Assembly: GCA_002633005.1 (NCBI GenBank)
Contig: NMRA01000001.1
Location: 1,087,755 to 1,151,754, forward strand
Direction of reading: 5' to 3'
Source: Phoronis australis
Taxonomy: Eukaryota > Animalia > Phoronida
Length of the DNA stretch: 64,000 nt
Part shown: positions 12,501-24,500 of the stretch, piece by piece
How positions within the stretch are numbered: position 1 is the first letter of the stretch
Layout of the letters: each line of letters begins with the position of its first letter
Program-made: the position numbers and the translations under genes
The notes under the pieces: model-generated
What the model was told of the DNA's origin: nothing
The model's input: only the letters and a program-made list of their open reading frames with translations
Database searches by the model: none

Positions 12501-15500
12501 TGAAATGGGATCAGTTAAATAATATACTAGCATCTTTTTCACACTGGCACGAAAAATGTCAAGAAAAGGGTGAACAAATAATAACTGTATTTACCACTAG
12601 AGGGCACATTTTGATCACCATATCTACGTAAATGAATACGTTCAAAACATTTTTTGCGCTAACGAATCAAAGTTTTCTCAAGGTGATCAAATACTGAAGT
12701 TAATATAGGATTTTGAACATGATGTTTTGTAGTAAAGTTTGCATTTACAATCACTTTAGTTTTCATAAAAAATATCCGTACAGTGCCTTACTGTGGTGAC
12801 CTGGTGCACTCATTTCCCTGTGAACCTGTATCTTTCTTTAGTACACATGTGGCAATGTGTAATGTACTCTGGTTGTTGCATAATAACACTATTCTTCTAA
12901 CAATTAAGCAGTGGTTATACATCTATAACCACTTGAAATAAATCATTACCCTGAAACATGTTTCTATTCAAGAAGTGTTACTTTCATTGTAAGCTATTTC
13001 TGAAGTGATACATGTGAACATTTCTATCCTTTATTCTATTATGTCAAATTTCAACTCCAGATGTCATGTTATGAGAAATGAGGTAGTTCTTATACTTGCT
13101 AATCTTTCACCTCTGCAGCACACAATGCGGATAGAAAAGTGAAATTTTTGACAAAATTTTCAGCAGCAAAAATTTGTTTGGACAGCGCTTTACATTTTGA
13201 AACAACTCTAGGTAATAAATATGTGGATTATTTGTAATGAAGTGGTCCGACTTTGAAAAATGGAACAAAGGTGATACTGGGCGTGGCATTCATTTTTGTC
13301 AAAGAAGCCAACTTTTGTTTTTGTTCACTTACCACCATGAAAGTGATCTCGACTTGCTCATCATTCAGATGAGAAGTGGTTTCTGGATTTCAAAGAACTG
13401 ACATTTTTTGAGACCATACTCGGGGCATAAAATGACTTGTTGAGCCTGGTCTCAACAAACAAATTGTCTGTTTTTCAGTGCCCCGAAGTTACCTCTAATT
13501 TCACCTCAGACCTGAGATTTGTCTTAAAACAATTTGAGACCAATTTCGTAACTGTAAGTGATCTAAAATTAAAAGTTGATTTTGTGATGAAACGTAGATA
13601 TATAGTCTCTCAAAGCTTGTTTGTAATCGTAGCGATCAATGTCGTCGCGCTTTCCACGTTATTTTCTTGGCACCTGGATCGTGGTTGAGTAATAATTCAT
13701 TGAGCTCGAGTAAATTTCAATGCTCTGCTTTATTATCATCTCCGAACTTGTCTGTGACATGTTTACAATATCATGAGCTGGAGAATGAATAAAACGCCAG
13801 TTCCGGCACTTCCACGAACTGTTTAGTACTCATTCATAAACGCAGTTGTAAATATTTATTTCAAATTATATTCTATGGTATTTTTTATTTATTATTAGCT
13901 AACTTGTTTTGACTGGGAATGTTCATTCTTTGAATTCAGTTTCTTAATCCCCACTTCCATGAATGTGGAGGCCACTTTTTTATTCATGCCGAACAATGAC
14001 GTAGTGTCGCTATTGAGTATTACATAACGTGTTTTTGCTGCAGCCTATAAAAGCTTCAGGTGTTTCAACACTAGGTCTTTAGGTTATCATTATAGTACAC
14101 AAGTGTGTAGAGTGGTATGGTGATATAGGGTAAAGCCTGTGGATTAGATGAACAGCCCTGGTTATTATTATCTTTGAACAAGTGGACTTAAAAGCCCATG
14201 ATTGGGGGCTCTCCACTCATTATCCTGCTGTATACTGACTGGGGGCATGTGCGGTTGTATATGGCTTGGAAGTATTGATGCCAAGTTGTCAGATTATCTG
14301 GCTTGTGAACAGTTTAGGAATCGGTTGCTACCCTGTTGGATTGGTGCAGCGTCCGAGAGAAAAATTGCAGGAAATGCACAAGAAAAGTCGGAATCACCAC
14401 CATAGATAAACAGGTTAGATTTTTTCTTGTTTTTTTTACACTTTTAAAGTCCGGTAGAATGTTATGTGTCAGAAAAAAAATGTTTAAATGTGAAATTTAA
14501 CAACAAAATATAAATTGAAAAGAAAATTTTACTCTATTTTAGGATATTTTGTACAACTTTCATCAAATAGTTCATGGTTAATTGTCACAGTGGAATATTA
14601 ACAAGTAAAAAGTAATTTTAATTCATTTAGCAAACAATGTGGTAGATTAAGTGAATTTTTTGTCAGATCTCAACAAAAATAAAAGTGTCAAATATCTTTG
14701 ACTTGGTTTATTCTCTGTACGTGTTTTACGACAATAATAGTTTCCATTTGTTTGATAAGTGGAAAACAGCAATTTTAGGAAACAGTTTTGTACCAATTTG
14801 AAGAAAGTTCACCTCACACTTTTCGTAAATTAATTTTTGTTTATAAAAGTTTTAATACATTGACTTTATGTTTGGTGTCCAGTCTTCAGAGGTATATAGT
14901 TTAATCTGGAAAGTTCTTCCTTGTTGTGTACATATTTGCACGTACTTGAAGTTTATGACCATCATAGGGCACTATTCTGAATAGTGTAGGAGAGTATCCT
15001 ATTGCGATTTGTATTAGGGGGTCACATAAAATATTTGTGAGACCTCTCATGATGAGAATAGGGGCGTTTCTTCAATGTTTAATTGGCATACCCAGGTTTT
15101 ATGCAGTTGTTAATTGAGCAGTTTGATTGCCTTATTAAATATAATGACCTGATTATTTGATAAGAAAACATCAATGTTGCTTTGTTAGCTTGATGTTTGT
15201 ACAGTATGAGCTTTCAAAGAAAACATGGTCAAGTTTGTAATCTTATTGTTGTCATTGTCTAAGAACTTGAAATATTTCTATCCCAGTATGTTTATGGGTT
15301 AGGGTCCATGTTTCTCATATCCTGATTTTCAAAGGATTGTATGCCCTGTTTCATTGAGGACAGTATTTATATATAGGGATTGCCATAGCCATAGGAAAAT
15401 ATTCAATGTTTTTCTTCCTGTGGCCTCTGAAACTATGTCACGTTTTTGAGATTTATCAAGATGGTGCGCTTTCTAACGAGGCGAGAAGGAAATTTTTGGC

Positions 15501-18500
15501 TTGAAATTGCCGTGTTTATTGAAATGAAGGTGTTTTGTAAATGCTGAGTTTCAAGGTAGGAAGATTTGTTTTTTGCAGGTATCTCTAATTTAAGTTTCTC
15601 ATATTGGGAGGCTTGCATCAAACTTAATGCTAGTGTTACAATTGAAATGCTGTTGGCTTGGTTCTGGTAAGGTTTTAATGTTGTTCTAAGCAATGAAGTT
15701 GGTTGATGGTATTTTGTAGAGTTTAAACACTGTTGGCAGTCTTCCCTTGTCCAAAAAGTGTGTTTGGAAATGCTGGCAGTGACTTGCGTCGTAGAATTCA
15801 CTGCTTTGTTACACAGTCAAGTAACATTTTAATTGCGTAGGATGTTTTTCGTTGTTGAATGTTGAACATACGCCTAGTTATTCCACATGGGCTATGCCTG
15901 GTAGAATAGTCCTATCTAAGAACTGTTTAATTAATTAAATTAATCCATCAATTTGCTTTTTTATGTTTGAATTGGGTTTAGCGTTAACAGTGTCGTCATA
16001 CTATCAGCTGTACGGCCACAATACTAGATTACAGCTTTGTGTCGACTACGGGCTGTTTAATTTTGGAGACAACATGACGTGCAGGAGATTATTATCACCC
16101 TCTCTAGTGTGCATACAATCTTATGTTGCTGTGATTTCTCTGCAAGGTGTTGTTTACACGAGTTTGCCATGGGCAAAACATCCTTAGCACCTTTTTATCT
16201 ATGCCCCAGTCATGAAAAAGGTGTCAGCCGGCCATAGTGCCATAGTGGTTTTATTGGAGCTGGCTGTGCTATGAGTATAGTAGGGCACTTCTCTTCAATA
16301 TAATATGGTGGGTAAGTTTTTTGTTTGTTTTTGATTCTCCCGAACGGGTTACAAATGAGTAGTTCTGTTAGGAATAAAAAGAAGTCATTTTTTAGTTTAG
16401 TTTAGTTTAATTTCAATTAGTATTTTTAAAAAATAGGCAAATTTAATTACCTCATCCATTGGTATCAGCATCCAAATCATTTAGTTTGAGAAATTAAAAA
16501 ACAGGGTTTGTTTTTGGATATTTTGTTCAAAACAAAATTCCTTCTTCGTTATAGTCAGTAGTGCTCGTATTTTGAGAACCAGTTTGATGCCCGTTCTTCA
16601 GTGGAGAAAACTGGTTCTCACAATTCGGACACGTTATTTCAGATCATTCCCTCATTATATGCTTTATAAGTGAAGGTTCGCTGTTACAAGCACAAAATGT
16701 GATACTTTTCTTTTATTGAGGATTCACATAAATGTAGTAGTGCCACTTTGCTTTTTGGTAGTTAAATACATGTCAACCATTTTTTGCTCTAACCATAGCA
16801 ATTTTTGCGAAAAACCATAGCAAACCATAGCGCTGAAAATGATTCAAAATGTGGTCATGTGTCAAAATGCATTGCATGTACTTACGGTACCTATTAGAGG
16901 CTCTAGTAACTGTGAGCATTGTTATACTCTTTGCCTTTGGTAACTCCTTTGGCCCTGTCGAGCAAGGCTCGTGATGTGAGATGATTTCAGTAAAAGAGAT
17001 TGCCAGTGAAATACAAAATGAATGTTTGAAAACTTTTTTATGAACATTGGCAAAATGCGTATTAAGTACCAAAAATACGTAGCATATTGGTGCTATACCG
17101 TAGCACTACATGATTGGCAAAAATACATAGCAAATACTTAATTCCCACATTGGTTGACATGTATGTAGTAACTCAAATTTTTTTTACCGCTCCATCTTGT
17201 TTTTGTTTACAACTTCAAAATTTGTGTTCATCCTGATTTCAAAGCAGACGCTTAAACAATTCTTCACTTATTTTGCACAAAAAATACACGACAAAGTTTA
17301 CATTTTATTTTGCCTTTGCCATTCTACAAATAGAGGAAGCTTTCCAAATGTTGATTTATGGCATCTAGACAAATCAATACATGCTTACTAATAATAGACT
17401 ATGGTTTTATCATTTATTTTTATTGCGAAATTTGACAAAATAAAACTACACTATCAACATGTTGCTTGCTAACTTGGTGAAATTGACTGTGCTTTACCGT
17501 GTCAATGCCTGTAGAGCTGGACAGTGTTGCCAAATGTGTATTTGATTGGAATACCTTAGAGTATCTCTGGACAGCATAGATACCTGTATTTACCTGGCCT
17601 CTGTAATTCTTGCTGAGCTGTGGCTGAAAGACAGGTGTTCAATTACATGCTCTTGACAGGTATTTCATGAGGACAGATCATATAATGTTGAGTAATAATT
17701 CCTAGGATTACATGCTGTGTCTTTCTAGCTGTCAATTTTACTGGCATACTTACCTTCTTCACCTGTTTAGCTACCAATATGGTGGACAAGTAAAATTGTA
17801 TTCTCTACAAAAATAAAGATTGTAGCAAATTTAAATTCATTACTAATATTGCGTTTAGTATATCAGTAACACAAAACAATATTTAGTAAGATATTCATTA
17901 TTTGCAGCTAAATAATTAGCCTAAGAGATGGCAGCATAATAGTTATTTCAGTTTGACCACTTTGTTGGGAATGTTTAAAAAGCAGTTGAATTATAATGCA
18001 AATATCTTTGGGCCTAGTTGTCTTGCTTTACACAATTAGTGTTTTGAACATATGCTATTAAGGTTTTGTCTGGAAAACTGATCGTATTGGGCTGTTTTGC
18101 TTGCATTGTTTTGGCTCTTTTAAAGTCTCCTTTTGTATTTAATCTAGTATTTTGTGTTGTCGGGGCAATCTCACATTCAGGCCAGTCTATTTTTAAAGAT
18201 TAGTTTTTTATTCCCCACAGTTGGAAGTCATTTATAGAACTTCTTCTTTGCTGCATTGATTGGATACAGTTTGAAACAGTGGGTAACCATGGACTCGGGA
18301 ATTTTGTCATAATTTTGAATTTGAAATTGTCTTTTTGTTAGTTTATGCTCTGCTTACAGTACTATTTCATCTGTTTGACACAAAAGCATATTGCCAAAGT
18401 GGTTATTTTTCGAATTTTCAAAAACAATGGCCTCTATACTGTACAGACTATATTATTGGTGGAATAGAATTTTCTTATTGCTCATTTTTGTTGATAAACA

Positions 18501-21500
18501 TGACAAAATGAATGTGAAGATGAGATGTGTAGACCATGTTGTTAGCACTGTTTCACTATTGTTTCCTCTTCAATGCCTGGCTTCTATTATTAATAGGGGA
18601 TTAGTATGACACAAAACCCTGGGAAAGTCAGTCTAAAGCCTGTTGATAGCTTAGGAACCACTGCTCATTGCTATTGTACCTGTGATTGATTTAGTCAGCT
18701 AATGTCCTTTATGTACCCAGCTCTAGTTGAAGTAAAGCTCTGAGGATAATGTTCTCAAGATATGTGGTGGACAGCATGTTGTCCTTAATGTTACATGATG
18801 GTTGACAAGTCTTACTACTTAGTTTACTTGTCCCACAGTATAAAGCGTGCTCAACTGTATTGACTTAAGGTTTACTAGATTAACTGCTAAAACATGCTTT
18901 GGTTGTATGTAGATTTTGAATATTTCCGTTGCACTTGTTTTCGTTCTTATCTGTCAAAAATAAATTTCCGATAATGAAGTCTTTTAACACTGGCTCCTTT
19001 TATGGGCATCTGTTAATTTGATTAGATAAATGGGCATAATATTAAGCTCATACAATCACGTTGAAATTTTGAACATTTCGTTGGTGGTCGGTTGGTAGCT
19101 TAAAAGAAACGATCATTTCTTTTTACCTATTTTAATGGGGTGTTGCAGCAATGCCAACTTGGAAGAGCTTGAGAATACTTTATCTACAGTTAGTTTGCTG
19201 TTTTTACCGAATTGCTGCTGATTTTATACCTTACCGTAGCAGTTTTACCTTTATCAGCTCTTACAGGACAGTATGTCTGAGTGGCCGTAGTGATTTTGCA
19301 GGGATAAAAATAGGATGGTGCTTATTTTCTGACGACTATTCCTGGAAGCATAATGTAGTCGAGCATTGACGTTCACGAGTTTTGTCTAACTGTCCTAGAG
19401 TTAGGTGTAGTCTTAGGCTGTCTATTACTAGTTTTGCCAAACTTCACTGAATTTTTGTTGTCAAAGTCTGGCTGTTACTAGTTTTGCCAATCTGTCCTGG
19501 ATTTTTGTGTAGTCAAAGGTTGTCTATAAGTAGTTTTGTCAAACTTTCACAGATTTTGTGTAGTCAAAGGTTGGCTGGTACTAGTTTCGTTAAACTTCCC
19601 TGAATTTTGTGTAGTCAGTGAATGTTTTTTACTAGTACTGCCAAACGTCCCTGGCTTTGTGTAGTCGAAGGCTGGCTATGACTAGTTTTGCCAAACTTTT
19701 TGCCTGTTTACTCACAGATCAGTGATGATGTCACAAGCTGTGACAGTCACAAGAATCAATGGCTAATATGGAGTTGGACTTGACTGATTGTTCACTGGAT
19801 GAGGTGCATGATATTGCTAACCTACTCGAGTCGGTAAGTTAAATGTGTTACACTTTTTTCTAGACGGTCTTTTACCTCAGAAACTCGGTTTTGAGTCTCA
19901 TCCGCATTAGCAGGTAAGTCTTTTTGCAAACATGAAATTGCTGATTTCTCATTTGTTTCCCTGAGAGATTGTTTGATCGTTTTTCATCTATTTGCTTGAA
20001 GTCGTAAATCTTGTGTACACGCACCGACCTATCACCTATGTCCCCTTATGACACTGTTTCAGGCTGATTGACTGGTGAGTTGCAGGATTGTACAATTGAG
20101 CATAATATTTTGCCCAATGCATCTCAATGGGATCTATTCAGCTGGTGATTGAAGCTACAATGTTTTAAATTTGTTGCGCGAAAGCTGAGCGTTTTAGCTT
20201 CAACATACTCACCTCATCTTGCACTCCCAAAAATATTTTGCACCTCACTTATTTCACGGGAGGTTACTTGGTGGGAATTTCTTGCATCACTTAGTGCTCA
20301 TAGTTTTGCACTTCCAAAAATATCAATATACACCTTTTAACTTTGTTAATAAGGTTTGAATTCTGTATATTCACCACTTTAAATATAGGATCCCCCCCTG
20401 CTGCTGTAAGTATGAAATGAAAGGTATGACCTTGATAATTGCTAAATTTTAAATAGCCGCGCCATATTGAAATTCACTTTATCCCACCATAGATCGACCT
20501 CATCTTTGGCGTTCAGCGGCACCTACAGGTCCCATGTAATGCAGACCGGAGTTTTCAACTAACTGGTATTAGCAGCATTTTACACCTTTCTTGCTATCGT
20601 TATTCTGGCAATTATCCACATCATTAGCATACAGGCACGTGTCATCAGTGAATGGGTGTACAATCTTTGATAAAAATATACCCGGAGTTGATAAACATTG
20701 TTCCAACAACCATGAGTTCATTAAGCTCTGCTGTGTCCACCTACCCTGAACCTCACAATCTCCTGCTTATCCTTGTAACGTGTGTGTGTGTGTGTGTTTT
20801 GTAGTTGCGAGAGCTTTTGACCAACGCATTTGATGACCTCATAGATGAGGAGACGTCCTCTGTGTCCTCCAATGATTCAAGGGATTCTGGGACACATTCT
20901 GGAGATAAGCCGTAAGTACATGGCCATAGACCACCAAACTTTGATCAGTCCCTTAAATTACCTGGGTCTCAATCCAAATAGTCAAAATCAGAGCTTGTAC
21001 CAAATTTTAGAAATATGCAGTTATACTCGTCGTTCCAAATTAAAGGATTACAATTAATGACAATGATTGTTCATCTATTAATAAGATGCACAAAAATGTA
21101 GTTGCTTTAGCTGCTATTTTCGACTCCATTTTATGAAGTGCCAAGTCTCTTTTCATACTCTGTCGATACAAAACGCTGTGTCTGAAATTTGAGAAATATT
21201 ATGAACACCAAAAATCGACTGGCTCAATCTATAGAATCAAGAAAATCCAATGTCTGCTTGGATTTCTGTGTCCCAAATTTTAGAGACTGTTCCAAACTGA
21301 AGAATTTTTAATGTGATCTTCCACTTTTTCGTTCGAAATATCATCAGACGACAATAAACTTTTTCACACTCTTACTAGACACCTTAATTTCATTGACTGG
21401 ACTGTGGAGAACTCTAGGTTCTAAATGCACTAATATATAGATTTAACTTTTCTTTTATCGTCCAAAAGACTGCCATAACAACTTGATAATAGTTTTTGAG

Positions 21501-24500
21501 TCTGGGTACATCTTGACGGGTCTTGAGTAAAGTTTGATTGTCGCCATTTGTCAAATATTACTGGAGCAGTACAATTTGGAGTAAAACTTTCTGAGTAATG
21601 CAATGGCCTTACTAAAGTTTGGTGATCTCTAGTCCTAACAAAGTTGACAAAACTTATCGGTGGAAAATGGCAATGAATCTAGCAGATAATCAAGGATTTA
21701 CCTTTTCTACATGTTCTTTTGTTTGCCAAAAGACTTGAAAATAGTAAAAAGATTGGTGGCATCTTAATCAATAACTCTTGTTATATCTGCAATTACGTAA
21801 TTTGTTTGTTAACCCCTTTTTTAAGTGTTAAAACTGCAGTGGTGGTTTGTTCTTGTAGGATCAACCCTGTTACATGGCCTGGTTGGAACAGTGCAGGAAT
21901 GGCTGCTGGCTATGCCTCAACCCCCATAGGCCACCGCCTGCCACCACCTCCGGGGGGAATCCACTTTCCCGCATTTGGGCAGACATATCCTGTCCACCCC
22001 GGATACTTCCCTCCCGTTCCATTCAATTACCCCGGATACCTGGCATCAGTGTCGCCCTCTTCTGGTGTAGTGCAGCAGTACCAGCCTGTGGCAATCCCTC
22101 TCCATGAACGTGAGGAGACAGAGGGCGGTAATGAGACACCGACAGAACTCAGCGCTGTTGATGGCGACGGAGCCACGACAGCCAATCAGCACATGGCGAT
22201 AACGTCTGAATACGAAGAGCCCAGTCAATATCCATTTTCTGATGGAGGGAAGGATTCACATAATGTGGTGAATAATGCATATGATAACTATGATAAATTC
22301 AACGAGATCGGACACGTCGAAGCAGTGGAGTACGACTCGAGCAGTGCTAAGTACAGAGTACCGAGTGAAAAGACATATGAGATATCCCAGTATCCTCTCT
22401 CGGACAACAGTGATGGGGGTCATAGGACACGCGTCCAGTTAGCCAGTCATAGGGACTTTCACAAAACAGATGTGCAGCCAGCCTATGAAAAAACAGAAGA
22501 TGTTTCTCATAGTGGGGAGCATAGGAACTACACAGTGGAATACGTCGCTAAAAGCACTGAACATTGCTCTGAGCACACTGGTGATGTGAATGTCAAAAAT
22601 TCAGAATCTCCCTTCATTGATCAAGGTATGGGGTTTTCAAATGCTTGTTTGCTGCTTTGAGAGTCCCACGTGTGAATTCATGAAGCCACAAAACATGATT
22701 GGGTAGTAGTGGCTCCACGGCTCCACCTAGTGTTTGAACAGGGAACCAATGTTGCCTAAACTGACCGACTAACATCTGTGTTGCTTTAGTCACATAAATG
22801 TGATCCAATAACATACTGTCCTGTATTTCTGAAGTCCAGAAATCAATTGAAAGGAAAATGTTGAGACTAATTTGCTAACAGAAATTGATCTAATTTGATA
22901 TCAAAATAGTTGGTAACTGGTGTTTTGTTTGTTGCAGGATATAAATTTATTGGAATCATCCAAAGTCCATTTCAAAAATATTTTGATAAAAACAGTACTT
23001 TAAATTGTAACTATGCTTTGATTACAATTTTTGTATTTTTGTTATATGCAGTGTGTGAATCTTCACACTTTTAACTTAATAAGTGATTGTTGCATGTTCA
23101 AGTAATGATTCCAACTTAAGCACATTATATCTGTTTGCGTAATACACTTTCTTGTTGTGACAATAGGCGGCAGCACAAGCGACCGTGAGAGAGCACAACT
23201 ACTGATCCTGTATGAGGCTCGTGGTCGTCAACTGGAAGAATTGCAACAAAAATTCGATGACACGACGGAGACGACGTCACGGGAAATACGCGTATTAAAG
23301 CATCAACTGGCTATGTGTGAAGGTATGATCTGGTAATTTTTGCTAGGTTCATTAATATTGATTTACATTTAGTATCACCTGTTCATGTATTGTCTGAACA
23401 TTAGCAGTGTTCTTTGCAATAGAAAACTCAAACTCAATAGGCTAGTCCATGTTTCTATCAAGAGGTGTTTTTTAGATTCAGCGTCTGTAAGTCAAACTCA
23501 TCAGGGCAAGATTTCAAAATTGGTACTGCGTTGAGTGAAAAGAGGCCGTGGAGAACACTGAACATTAGAAAGCCTTTTTTATGTTTTGATTTTATTCCCA
23601 GGTGAGAAATTGGGAGCTTTGGGTAGCCTCGATGAATCCAGCAAGCTTGTGCGATCCTTGCAGCAGGAGACGGATACATTGCAGTGTAAAGTGACATCTC
23701 TTGAGTCTCAGCTGGACGACTTGACCTCGGTCAGAGATGAGGTGGGTGCTACACACGTGTACAGATTCAGACACCCACACATACATATTCGAAGAGCATC
23801 TAATCTACGATTGTTTTTCTCATTACACCATTATTTGTCTTCATCCATCCTTCCCTCCCACTCTCACTCCGCACTCTGTGTATCCTCTCTGCTTCCCCTC
23901 CCATGTCTCCCCTTCCTTTGACTACTTCCTCGGCTCCAATCCCATCTCTCTTGTCTCCTTCTTTCTCCTTTTCCGTTGTCTCTTTCCTCTCATCGTCTGC
24001 TTTCCCTTCTCTTCCTCCTTAATTCCTCGCTGTAAATTGAAAGTAGGATATTTTTAAGGGCCTGTGACCAAACTTTAATTGAAACTACCCCAAGATTAAC
24101 CAATTGCTCTGAATAAACTTGTAAATTTTGCATTGTGTGATTGTTAATAGTCCGAATGAGGCTTGGTAGTCTTTTATCCAGAAATAGATCATGTATGCAG
24201 TCTAGGTACATGTCTGCTTCAACTCATTAATAGAATGATTGTCTTTCATCCAATATCAGGTCGTGAGGAAGTTACAAGCGGCCGAGTCCACCATCGAGAG
24301 TCTGAACCAGCAGCTTTTTGAGGTGCGCAGCTCGGAGAGTCTGACGAGGGCACGCGAACTTCACGAGTCGATGTTATCCAACACGAGGCTGAAGCATGAA
24401 CAGGAAGTGCTTAGTATGAGAGAGAAGATCGATCAAGTGCAGCGGGCATTAGATGACAAGGTTAGTCAACTTACATTACTGTTAGTAGGACTCAAAAACT

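Noticed and set aside
5000-19300. Nested protein-coding gene in the large CEP152 intron
   Set aside because: Only short ORFs (under about 125 aa) with AT-rich, non-coding composition and no recognisable domains or phase-consistent exon chain.
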